Positions 38,826-47,515 of a stretch of DNA of 64,000 nt are shown piece by piece. The DNA comes from Clostridia bacterium (GTDB lineage: Bacteria; Bacillota; Clostridia; UMGS1840). Position 1 is the first letter of the stretch. Every line of letters begins with the position of its first letter. The notes beneath the pieces are model-generated. The model worked only from the letters and a program-made list of their open reading frames with translations. It did no database searches and was not told where the DNA came from. Location: NCBI GenBank assembly GCA_045540295.1, contig JAZQGY010000015.1, forward strand, positions 523 through 64,522, in the 5' to 3' direction. The position numbers and the translations under genes are program-made.

Positions 38826-40145
38826 TTGTTTAGTGTATCAGAACTCTACGAAAATGTAGTAGACATAATAAAAAGCGAAATTTCCCCGGTAGCATACAGC
38901 ACCTGGTTTTCCTCTGTTACCCCGGAAAAAATTGAAAACAACATCTTTTATTTCCGTGTTCCCATTGAATATACTCGCGATATGATTGAAAGAAAATACT
39001 CTGAACTGTTAAAAACTGCGGTGGTAACTGCATCTCAGGGACAGATTGCCGATTTTTCGTTCCTGGTGGACGACAGAAGAAACACTCCTTCTGTGTTAGA
39101 CCGGTTCTCCAATACCCAGGATGAAGTATCCACCCTAAACAAAAAATATACTTTCCAGAATTTTGTCATTGGCGAATCCAACCGTTTTGCCCATGCAGCA
39201 GCCATTGCTGTGGCAGAAAGTCCGGCAGAAAATTATAATCCTTTATTTATATACGGCGGTGTTGGTCTGGGAAAAACCCATTTGTTACATGCAATCGGTA
39301 ACCGAATTAAAGAAAACGATCCTACAAAAAAAGTGTTATACTTAACTTCAGAATCCTTCACCAATGAATTTATTGATTCCATTAAATCCGGTCAGAATAC
39401 CGCATTCCGTGATAAACTTCGCAACATTGATGTATTGATGGTAGACGACATTCAGTTTATTGGCGGAAAAGAAGGGACTCAGGAAGAATTTTTCCATACC
39501 TTCAACCATTTATATCAGAACGATAAACAGATTGTGTTATCCTCTGACCGTCCACCAAAAGATATCAGAACGTTGGAAGAAAGACTTCGAACCCGTTTTG
39601 AAGCAGGCTTGATGTGTGACATTAATGCTCCTGACTTAGAAACCAGAATTGCAATTTTAAAGAAAAAAACAGAAGAAGAAAATTTCCCTATTGACGATGA
39701 AATCATCCAGTTTATTGCATCTAAAATCAGATCTAATGTTCGTGAGCTGGAAGGAATCTTCACCCGTCTGGTTGCCTTAACAAAGCTTTCTAAAAAAGAA
39801 ATTACCAAAGAATTGGCAGAAGATGTGATCAAGGTCATCATTGCAGATTCTAAAAAGGCAAAACCCGGCATTGAAACGGTAATGGTGGAAACTGCAGGTT
39901 ACTTTAATATTGATCCACAGCTTTTAAAATCATCTTCCAAAAAGAAAGAAATCGTAAAAGCACGACAGGTGGCAATGTTTTTGGCAAGAGAAGTGCTGGA
40001 AATGAGTACCACCAAAATCGGTGAAGAATTTGAAAGAGACCATTCCACCGTGATGTATTCCATTGAAAAAATTAAAGAAACCCGTCAGACAGACGCTTAT
40101 ATTGATACCATTATTGAGGAAATCACCGGCCTCTTAGAAGATTAA
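38826..40145 (+). CDS. dnaA: Chromosomal replication initiator protein DnaA
   Basis: GGVGLGKTHLLHAIGN Walker A, a box VII-type arginine region, and the C-terminal DNA-binding domain DHSTVMYSIEKI. TTG start. Confidence 0.95.
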   Translation: MFSVSELYENVVDIIKSEISPVAYSTWFSSVTPEKIENNIFYFRVPIEYTRDMIERKYSELLKTAVVTASQGQIADFSFLVDDRRNTPSVLDRFSNTQDEVSTLNKKYTFQNFVIGESNRFAHAAAIAVAESPAENYNPLFIYGGVGLGKTHLLHAIGNRIKENDPTKKVLYLTSESFTNEFIDSIKSGQNTAFRDKLRNIDVLMVDDIQFIGGKEGTQEEFFHTFNHLYQNDKQIVLSSDRPPKDIRTLEERLRTRFEAGLMCDINAPDLETRIAILKKKTEEENFPIDDEIIQFIASKIRSNVRELEGIFTRLVALTKLSKKEITKELAEDVIKVIIADSKKAKPGIETVMVETAGYFNIDPQLLKSSSKKKEIVKARQVAMFLAREVLEMSTTKIGEEFERDHSTVMYSIEKIKETRQTDAYIDTIIEEITGLLED

Positions 40146-40435
40146 TTTTTTTAGTATAACACTATTATAAGATAGCAATAACTTAAAAATTTGTTTTTCT
40201 ATTATTTGATACCCTCTTTTTTAGTATAACACTATTATGAAATAGCAGAAACTTAATAATTTATTTTTCTATTATCTGATACCCTCTTTTTGGGATAACA
40301 CTATTATGAGATAGCAAAAACTTAAAAGAAATTTTTCGATTCATTGTTACCTTTTTTGGGATAACTCTTTTATAAGATTGTATGAATTTGAAAAATAATA
40401 CTTCTACTATTTGATACCCTCTATCATACTTTTGT
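40146..40435 (-). repeat. Origin array M: 4 tandem units (70/70/66 bp), inverted relative to U and D
   Basis: Units start at 40152, 40222, 40292 and 40358. The reverse complement of a unit, ATAATAGTGTTATACTAAAAAA, aligns with GGATAGTGCCATACCAAAAA of U. Units end in TTGATACCCTC. Confidence 0.8.
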
Positions 40436-40549
40436 ACTGAAAAAGAAGGTTCTTACATAGAGAAAACCGTAAACATGTTACTGCTATTATATATATAGTA
40501 TAATGGATTTTCATTGTAAAAAATAACACATCAAAAAAAATTCTACAGA

Positions 40550-40900
40550 ATTTGGGGATAAGTGTTGTGGAAACGAAAAAAATTCCTGTGCAATTTGATA
40601 GGGTTCTCCACATCTATGGTTGACAGAAAAATTTCATTCTCCAAAAAAAACAAAAAAATCCACAAAGTAATACACATTCCCACAGGGAAAACCGATGAAA
40701 AAGCTGTGGATAAAAACTCCCCATTTCATGCTATGTGGAAAGCAATCATTTTATGCACAAATTGTTATAAAAGTTATAAACTGTAAAAACTCTGATATTT
40801 CAGGGGTATCAAAGACTTTTCAACAATTCCCCAGCCCCTATTACAATATACTGTTTATCCTTATTTATTTTCCTTTCTATTATCCTGATTGATTTTGACA
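40550..40900. other. oriC core: DnaA-box cluster plus an AT-rich stretch in the dnaA-dnaN spacer
   Basis: TGGGGATAA at 40553, TTCTCCACA at 40604, AAATCCACA at 40656, a perfect TGTGGATAA at 40705-40713, and TGTGGAAAG at 40734. AT-rich sequence runs from 40741 to 40900. Confidence 0.7.
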
Positions 40901-40969
40901 TTTTAAAAATCACTGTTTTTAGAAATCGTCATTCAAAAACTGATAGCAAGGTAAGAATTTATTATTTGT

Positions 40970-41180
40970 ACAATCTTCGGATAATGTCATACTAAAAAAA
41001 TGCGAGGTACTATCTATCAAGTTTCTATATCCTTTGGATAGAGCCATACTAAAAAAAATGCGTGGTACTATCTATAAAGCTTCTGTATCCTTTGGATAGA
41101 GCCATACCAAAAAATATTTGCGAGACAATATTTTATTAATTGTACTATTTTAGAATAGTGCTATACCAAAAAAAGAGGAT
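40970..41180 (+). repeat. Origin array D: 3.5 tandem units of 57-59 bp upstream of dnaN (same family and orientation as U)
   Basis: Cores are GGATAATGTCATACTAAAAAAA at 40979, GGATAGAGCCATACTAAAAAAAA at 41036, GGATAGAGCCATACCAAAAAA at 41094, and GAATAGTGCTATACCAAAAAAA at 41153. Confidence 0.88.
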
Positions 41181-41262
41181 CAAATTATTTTGATACTTAT
41201 AAACCTATGATAGACGGATGTCTTACAATTTTGATAAACCTAAGAAAGACGAGGATTAAAAA

Positions 41263-42357
41263 ATGAAGTTTAGTTTTTTAAAAGAAGTGTTTTTGGAAAA
41301 TTTATCCACCGTGTTAAAAGCGGTATCCCCCAAAGCAACCGTTCCTCAGTTGGAAGGGGTATACATTTTAGCTCGCGGTAATATGATTACCTTAATCGGT
41401 AACAACACAGAAATTGCCATCAAAGCCCGTTTTGAAGCAGATGTGGAAGAAGAAGGTGTTGGCGTAATCAATGCCAAAAACTTATTTGATATGGTTCGTC
41501 TGATGCCGGAAGGAACGGTTAGTATTTCTGTGGATGAAAAACTGACTACCGTTATCAAATCCGGTGCTACCCGTTATGAAATTGTGGCAATGGATGCAGA
41601 AATGTTCCCTGTGGTGGAAGAATTAAACTGCGAATTCTCTTTAAAAATTACCGAACAGAAGTTAAAAGAGCTGATTAAGAAAACTCTGTTTTCCATTGGT
41701 ACCCAAGATACCAAAATCACTTTTACCGGTGCTTTATTTGAAGTACGAGATAACGAATTGACCGTGGTTACCTTAGACGGTTACCGTATGGCAGTGAGAA
41801 AAGAAGAAATTTATCCTACCGGCGAAAACCGTTCTTATATCATTCCCGGTAAGAGCTTAAATGAACTTTTAAAAATCTTAGCAGACACCAAAGATGACAC
41901 CGTCATCGAATTTGGAGACAGAAAAGCATTGGTAAAACTGGATAACTACGAATTTTATACCAGATTAATTGACGGCGAATTCTTTAATTACGAACAGATT
42001 ATCCCCAAAAACGCAGAAATCAAAGTGAAAGCTGTAACCAAAGAGCTGGTGGAAGCGTTAGAGAGAGCATCTCTTTTAATTACTGCGGATAATAAAGCAC
42101 CTATCCGTATGCACCTAGAAGAGGATAAAATGCATTTCAATACCATTTCCAGAATCGGTCACGCTCAGGATATGATTCACATTGAAAAAACCGGTGACGA
42201 TTTGGAAATCGGCTTTAACCATAAGTTTTTGTTAGATGCCTTAAAAGCCTCTGAAACCGAAGAAATTTTCTTAGATTTCAGCAATAACTTAAGTCCCTGC
42301 ATTTTGCGTGGAGACAGTGACGAATTTTTGTATATGGTGTTACCTGTGCGATTATAG
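41263..42357 (+). CDS. dnaN: DNA polymerase III subunit beta (sliding clamp)
   Basis: 364 aa, a three-domain clamp, with C-terminal FLYMVLPVRL. Confidence 0.92.
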   Translation: MKFSFLKEVFLENLSTVLKAVSPKATVPQLEGVYILARGNMITLIGNNTEIAIKARFEADVEEEGVGVINAKNLFDMVRLMPEGTVSISVDEKLTTVIKSGATRYEIVAMDAEMFPVVEELNCEFSLKITEQKLKELIKKTLFSIGTQDTKITFTGALFEVRDNELTVVTLDGYRMAVRKEEIYPTGENRSYIIPGKSLNELLKILADTKDDTVIEFGDRKALVKLDNYEFYTRLIDGEFFNYEQIIPKNAEIKVKAVTKELVEALERASLLITADNKAPIRMHLEEDKMHFNTISRIGHAQDMIHIEKTGDDLEIGFNHKFLLDALKASETEEIFLDFSNNLSPCILRGDSDEFLYMVLPVRL

Positions 42358-42360
42358 TAT

Positions 42361-42476
42361 GGGCTAATCAAACAGCGCCCTGTTGGAAAGGTAAAATGGC
42401 ACACAATTGGTGAAGTTCACCGCTATAGTATAGCTTTTTGTTCAATTTCCAAATTCTGCATCCATTTTCCTGCACG
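42361..42476 (+). repeat. R1 modular 3'UTR element (degenerate copy)
   Basis: TGGGCTAATCAAACAGC right after the dnaN stop, then TAAAATGGCACACAAT..AAGTTCACCGC..GCTATagtATAGC..AATTCTGCATCCATTTTCCTGCAC. Confidence 0.65.
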
Positions 42477-42558
42477 TTTTGATGACGTTAGATAACATCT
42501 TTGAAGAAGTGAATCCTTTCTAAAAAAAAAGAAACCAAAAAAGGAGAACCCCTGCACT

Positions 42559-43644
42559 ATGAAAAAAACAGCATTAACTCTGGAAGGTACCAATGATATT
42601 TTATTTTCCGAGTGCCAGTTTAAACATCAGATAGAAGATAGTATCTTAGGATGTTTTAAGTCCTACGGCTATTTCCCCATTGAAACGCCTTTAATGGAAT
42701 ATGACAGTGTTTTTTTTGGTAATTCTGATGCAGAAGGTCTGTACCGTCTGGTAGACAGAACCGGTGCAGTGGTATCCTTACGTCCTGATATGACCATGCC
42801 CATTGCCAGAGTGGCAGCAACCAAATTATACGATCAGCTTCCCATAAGAGCATCTTATTTAGGAAATGTGTACCGTTTTTTAGATCCTACCAAAGGTGGC
42901 AGACAGAATGAATTTACCCAGGCAGGGATTGAATTACTGGGAGAAAAAGGCACTTTTTATGATGCGGAAGTCATTGCCGCAACGGTGAATGCCCTCTTAG
43001 ATGCAGGTGCTACTGATTTTATGGTGGAATTAGGAAACGTAAACTTCGTAAGAGGACTCTTATCCGAAAGTCAGCTTTGTGAGGAATTACAAGAAGAAAT
43101 CAACGAACTGATGGTGAAAAAAGACATTTTGTCTATGGAAGAAGTGCTCCAAACTGTTACCTTAGATACCACCATCAAGGATATTATTCTAAAGCTTCCC
43201 ACCTTATTCGGCGGAAAAGAAGTATTGGATGAAATGCTTTCAAAAAAACTTCCCGAACCCTCTAAGAAAGCCTTAACCGAGCTTTTGGAAATTTACACCT
43301 ATCTTTCCTACTATGGTTACGAAAACTATATCACCTTCGATCTTGGAATGAATAAAAATATGGATTACTACACCGGTATGATTTTTAAAATTTTTCATCA
43401 GGGTGTTGGATTTCCGGTAGCCGGCGGAGGACGGTATGACAAATTGATTTCCCGTTTCGGCAAAGAAATTCCTGCAACCGGTTCTGCCATTTATATTAAC
43501 CGTTTGACTGACGGTATGAGCCATGTTATTTCGCTTACGCCCCCAACAGCAGACGAACAGTTAACAGGTGATGACAAAAAAGCTTTAATTGAAAAAGCCA
43601 AAGAATTACGAAAAGCAGGCAAATCTGTCATCGTGAACGGATAG
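42559..43644 (+). CDS. hisZ: ATP phosphoribosyltransferase regulatory subunit
   Basis: HisRS-paralog motifs (RPDMTMPIAR, FTQAGIELLG, GGRYD) with no anticodon-binding domain. Confidence 0.85.
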   Translation: MKKTALTLEGTNDILFSECQFKHQIEDSILGCFKSYGYFPIETPLMEYDSVFFGNSDAEGLYRLVDRTGAVVSLRPDMTMPIARVAATKLYDQLPIRASYLGNVYRFLDPTKGGRQNEFTQAGIELLGEKGTFYDAEVIAATVNALLDAGATDFMVELGNVNFVRGLLSESQLCEELQEEINELMVKKDILSMEEVLQTVTLDTTIKDIILKLPTLFGGKEVLDEMLSKKLPEPSKKALTELLEIYTYLSYYGYENYITFDLGMNKNMDYYTGMIFKIFHQGVGFPVAGGGRYDKLISRFGKEIPATGSAIYINRLTDGMSHVISLTPPTADEQLTGDDKKALIEKAKELRKAGKSVIVNG

Positions 43645-43658
43645 GGGGTACAACGGAA

Positions 43659-44294
43659 ATGGAATATATCACAGTTGCATTGGCAAAAGGCCGTTTGGGT
43701 GACTACGCTGCTGAAATTTTCGGCAAAGCAGGTTACGATATTTCCTGCTTGGAAGACAAAGGCAGAAAGTTGATTTTTACTGATGAAGTGGGTAAAATCA
43801 AGTATATTCTGGTAAAAGCCTCCGATGTTCCATGCTATGTGGAATACGGTGCAGCCGACATCGGTGTGGTTGGAAAAGACACTATTTTAGAAGAGGGAAG
43901 AAGCCTCTATGAAGTTTTGAATCTTAATTTCGGAAAGTGCAGAATGTGTGTCTGCGGACCTGAATCGGCAAGAGAGAAACTCCAAAGCCGTGTGTCATCT
44001 TTAAAGGTTGCCACCAAATACCCCAATATTGCAAGAGCTTATTTTAAAGATGTGAAAAAGCAGTCTCCCGATATTATCAAATTAAACGGTTCTATTGAAC
44101 TTGCTCCCATTGTGGGCTTATCTGATGTGATCGTGGATATTGTGGAATCCGGCAAAACTTTAGAAGAAAACGGACTGGGTGTGCTGGAGGAAGTATGTCA
44201 GCTGTCTGCACGTCTCATTGTGAATAAAGTCAGCATGAAAATGAAAAAACAAATTATGCCCATGATAGAAAAAGTGAAAGCGGTTATAGAATAA
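43659..44294 (+). CDS. hisG: ATP phosphoribosyltransferase (short form)
   Basis: ITVALAKGRL, and DIVESGKTLEENGL near the C-terminus. Confidence 0.9.
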   Translation: MEYITVALAKGRLGDYAAEIFGKAGYDISCLEDKGRKLIFTDEVGKIKYILVKASDVPCYVEYGAADIGVVGKDTILEEGRSLYEVLNLNFGKCRMCVCGPESAREKLQSRVSSLKVATKYPNIARAYFKDVKKQSPDIIKLNGSIELAPIVGLSDVIVDIVESGKTLEENGLGVLEEVCQLSARLIVNKVSMKMKKQIMPMIEKVKAVIE

Positions 44295-44295
44295 T

Positions 44296-44895
44296 ATGAT
44301 AGCAATTATTGATTACGGTGCAGGAAATCTGTTTGGGGTTTCCAATGCGCTAAAACAGTTTACCAAAGAAGTGGAAATCACTTCCGACAAAGATACCATC
44401 CGTGCTGCCGACCATGTGATTTTGCCCGGTGTTGGAAGCTTTGACGATGCTATGGGAAGTATGAACCGCTCCGGTTTAATTGAAACCGTTTATGAAGTGA
44501 TTGATAAAAAAACTCCTTTTTTGGGAATCTGCGTGGGGCTTCAGATGTGCTTTGAGAAATCCGAGGAAGGGGTATTACCCGGTCTTGGCATTTTCCCCGG
44601 TGAAATCAAAAAGTTTCCCGTGGATATCTGCAAAAAGGTACCTCAGATTGGCTGGAATCGGGTAACCACCAAGGAAAGTCCCTTGTTTTTGGACTTGCCT
44701 GATGACTACTTCTATTTTGTGCATAGTTATTATTTACAAGCCAAAAACCGTGATGAAGTGATTGCAACGGCAGAATACGGTATTCCTTTTGACTGCGCTT
44801 ATCAGAGAGATAACGTGTTTTTAACTCAGTTTCATCCCGAAAAAAGCGGCAAAACAGGGCTAAAGCTACTTGAAAATTTTTTAGCAGTGAAATAG
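44296..44895 (+). CDS. hisH: Imidazole glycerol phosphate synthase subunit HisH
   Basis: IDYGAGNL, GICVGLQ (catalytic Cys), VPQIGWN and FHPEKS. Confidence 0.9.
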   Translation: MIAIIDYGAGNLFGVSNALKQFTKEVEITSDKDTIRAADHVILPGVGSFDDAMGSMNRSGLIETVYEVIDKKTPFLGICVGLQMCFEKSEEGVLPGLGIFPGEIKKFPVDICKKVPQIGWNRVTTKESPLFLDLPDDYFYFVHSYYLQAKNRDEVIATAEYGIPFDCAYQRDNVFLTQFHPEKSGKTGLKLLENFLAVK

Positions 44896-45337
44896 CCTTC
44901 TCCTTTGAGGAGAAGGGGGACCGCTTGCGGTGGATGAGGTGTTTTGGAATGAATCCGTTTCAGAATCAAAAACTGACCGACAATGCCAAATCTTTACGAA
45001 AAGAAATGACGAAAGAAGAACGGCATTTATGGTATGATTTTTTAAAAACATTACCCGTTACTGTCCATCGGCAAAAAGTCATTGGAAGCTATATTGTGGA
45101 TTTTTATATCGCATCTGCCAAATTAGTGATTGAACTGGACGGTTCCCAGCATTTTGAAGATGGACATCAACTACGGGATATCAAAAGAGACGAATACCTG
45201 ATGAAATTAGGGATTCGGGTACTTCGATATACTAATTTAGAAATTCAAAAAAACTTTCAAGGTGTTTGTTTGGATATTGGAAACCATTTAGACACCTCAT
45301 CAGTCACTTCGTGACAGCTTCTCCTCAAGGAGAAGCC
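44895..45337 (+). mobile_element. DUF559 gene bounded by hairpin-bearing inverted ends (R2 full-length element)
   Basis: Left end: GCCTTCTCCTTTGAGGAGAAGGGGGACCGCTTGCGGTGGATGAGGTG. Right end: CACCTCATCAGTCACTTCGTGACAGCTTCTCCTCAAGGAGAAGCC. Miniature copies lie at 48548 and 63362. Confidence 0.55.
44949..45314 (+). CDS. DUF559 (Vsr/restriction-endonuclease-like fold) protein
   Basis: LRKEMTKEERHLWYDFLK..FHRQKVIGSYIVDFY..KLVIELDGSQH..RDEYL..G..VLR is typical DUF559. The last 8 codons and the stop lie inside the right terminal module. Confidence 0.8.
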   Translation: MNPFQNQKLTDNAKSLRKEMTKEERHLWYDFLKTLPVTVHRQKVIGSYIVDFYIASAKLVIELDGSQHFEDGHQLRDIKRDEYLMKLGIRVLRYTNLEIQKNFQGVCLDIGNHLDTSSVTS

Positions 45338-45370
45338 TAAAATATGACAGAAAGGAGGTTTTTTGCTATC

Positions 45371-46045
45371 ATGGAAAAAAAGATCGGATACGTCTTCAAA
45401 AATAAAGAACTGCTTCGTAACGCCTTAACCCGTCGTTCCTATGCAGTGGAGCATAATTTGGAAGAATATAATCAGCGGTTGGAATTTTTGGGAGATTCGG
45501 TATTGGGCTTAACAATTGCCGAGGAGCTTTACAAACTGCTTCCCGATGTGAAGGAAGGGGAGCTGACCAAATTAAAAGCATCTGTAGTTTGTGAAAAATC
45601 CTTGGCCATTGTGGCAAACTCTTTGGAAATTCCCCGTTATCTTCTGATTGGGAACGGAGAAAGACTCCTGGGCATTCAAAATTTAGATTCCACCACCTCA
45701 GATACGTTGGAAGCCATTTTTGGTGCCGTGTTTTTAGACAGCGATTTCGTTACCGCCAAGAAAGTAGTGCTTCGTCTGATGCGTGACGCGGTGGCAGACA
45801 CGGTAAAAAACCGAAACATGTTGGATTCCAAGTCTAAATTACAGGAACTGGTGCAAAAGGAATCCAAAGTGGATTTAGTGTATGAACTGGTGAAATCCGA
45901 AGGGCCTGATCACGATAAGCATTTTGTTTCCCAAGTGTCTCATATGGGAAAAGTGCTGGGCGTGGGTGAAGGCAAAACCAAAAAAGAGGCAGAAAAACAA
46001 GCTGCCCGAAAAGCTATTGAAACTTACTACCCCAATGAAGTATAG
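45371..46045 (+). CDS. rnc: Ribonuclease III
   Basis: The RNase III signature NQRLEFLGDSVL and a C-terminal dsRBD (GEGKTKKEAEKQAARKAI). Confidence 0.9.
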   Translation: MEKKIGYVFKNKELLRNALTRRSYAVEHNLEEYNQRLEFLGDSVLGLTIAEELYKLLPDVKEGELTKLKASVVCEKSLAIVANSLEIPRYLLIGNGERLLGIQNLDSTTSDTLEAIFGAVFLDSDFVTAKKVVLRLMRDAVADTVKNRNMLDSKSKLQELVQKESKVDLVYELVKSEGPDHDKHFVSQVSHMGKVLGVGEGKTKKEAEKQAARKAIETYYPNEV

Positions 46046-46103
46046 TTTTTTCATTTTTTAACAGAACAGAAACAGACTACCCTAAAGAAAGGAATACCAA
46101 AAT

Positions 46104-47288
46104 ATGCAGTATCACATTTCTGACAATATGAAAACCATGCAGGGTTCTGCCATCCGTGAAATGTTTAAAACCATGGCAAAACCCGGCATTATCTCTTTTG
46201 CGGGAGGAAATCCCTCTCCTTTGACATTCCCTGTGGATGAAATTAAAGAAATCGCAGAGAGAGTACTTACCGAAATGCCTTCTTTATGCTTGCAGTACGG
46301 CATCACCGAAGGCTACACTCCCTTAATTGAGCAGGTGGAAGCCCGCTTAAAAAAACAGGGTATTTATCGGGAAGGATGTAACACGATTATTACCACCGGC
46401 GGTCAGCAGGGATTGGATCTGGCAGTAAAAAGCATCCTAAATCCCGGTGACACCATTATTGTGGAAGAACCCAGCTTTATCGGTGCGTTAAACTCTTTTC
46501 GTACCTACGGTGCCGTGTTAAAGGGCGTTCCCGTGGCAGAAGACGGTATGGATATGGAAAAACTGGAAGAAATTTTAAAAAGTGATGACCGTGTTCGCAT
46601 CATTTATGTGATTCCCACTTTCCAGAATCCCACCGGCATTACCATGAGTTTAGAAAAAAGAAAGAAACTGCTTTCCTTAGCTTATCAGTACAATGTGGTG
46701 ATTTTTGAAGATAACCCCTACGGCGAACTTCGTTTTAAAGGGGAAAACGTGCCCACCTTAAAATCTATGGACGAAGAAAATGCGGTGATGTATTTTGGGT
46801 CCTTCTCCAAAATTTTAGCACCGGGCCTTCGTTTGGGCTTTACCCACGGGATTCCTCAGATTATGGAAAAAATGGTGGTGGCAAAGCAGGTAAACGACGT
46901 GCATACCAACCTGTTAACTCAGGTCATCGCCTCCGAATGGCTGAAAACCTGCGACATTGATACCCACATTCAGAAAGCAAGAGAGCTTTACGGTCATCAG
47001 TGCGACTTAATGCTCTCCGAAATGGACAAACATTTCCCCAAAGAAGTTACCTATACCCGTCCCGAAGGCGGACTTTTCATCTGGTGCACCTTACCCCAAG
47101 GAATGGATGCGGCAGGTATTGTGAAAAAAGGGGTGGAAAAGAATGTTGCCTTTGTGCCCGGTTCCAACTTTATGACCGATATGACAAAACCCTGTAACTG
47201 CTTCCGCTTAAACTATTCCACTATGACCGACGACAAAATTGTGGAAGGTATCGGCATCTTAGCAGACGTGCTGAAAGAAAATTTGTAA
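46104..47288 (+). CDS. PLP-dependent aminotransferase (class I/II, MocR/LysN-like catalytic domain only)
   Basis: GGNPSP, NPTG and SFSKILAPGLRLG (PLP lysine) motifs. Confidence 0.8.
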   Translation: MQYHISDNMKTMQGSAIREMFKTMAKPGIISFAGGNPSPLTFPVDEIKEIAERVLTEMPSLCLQYGITEGYTPLIEQVEARLKKQGIYREGCNTIITTGGQQGLDLAVKSILNPGDTIIVEEPSFIGALNSFRTYGAVLKGVPVAEDGMDMEKLEEILKSDDRVRIIYVIPTFQNPTGITMSLEKRKKLLSLAYQYNVVIFEDNPYGELRFKGENVPTLKSMDEENAVMYFGSFSKILAPGLRLGFTHGIPQIMEKMVVAKQVNDVHTNLLTQVIASEWLKTCDIDTHIQKARELYGHQCDLMLSEMDKHFPKEVTYTRPEGGLFIWCTLPQGMDAAGIVKKGVEKNVAFVPGSNFMTDMTKPCNCFRLNYSTMTDDKIVEGIGILADVLKENL

Positions 47289-47294
47289 TTTGCG

Positions 47295-47400
47295 GTTTGA
47301 TAAATGGCGCATAATTCGTTAATCTCACCGCTCGCAGTACACACAAGTACAGCTTCGGGTTCGATTAGCAAATTCTGCATCCATTTCCCTTCACCTTAGG
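47295..47400 (+). repeat. R1 modular 3'UTR element
   Basis: GTTTGATAAATGGCGCATAAT..AATCTCACCGCTC GCAGTACacacaaGTACAGC TTCGGGT..ATTCTGCATCCATTTCCCTTCACCTTAGG. Confidence 0.85.
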
Positions 47401-47477
47401 TTGGTGGATTGGAAATGCGGTGGATGAGGTGTTTTGTGCCCTTTTTCTGCGCCTTAGAGGTGGCATCACCAAATTAT

Positions 47478-47515
47478 AATTTTGATTATCCTAACAGAGA
47501 CGAGGAGCAAAGAAA
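47478..47515 (+). promoter_or_regulatory. Shared leader module upstream of trpS
   Basis: AATTTTGATTATCCTAACAGAGACGAGGAGCAAAGAAA followed by the ATG. Compare 41227-41262 (dnaN) and 27361-27402 (holB, minus strand). Confidence 0.6.

Noticed and set aside
38445-41180. Could the tandem arrays around dnaA (and the 77-bp array at 27371-27560) be CRISPR arrays?
   Set aside because: The units abut each other without unique spacers. Their periods (58-77 bp) consist entirely of repeat sequence, the units are degenerate, and no cas genes are present.
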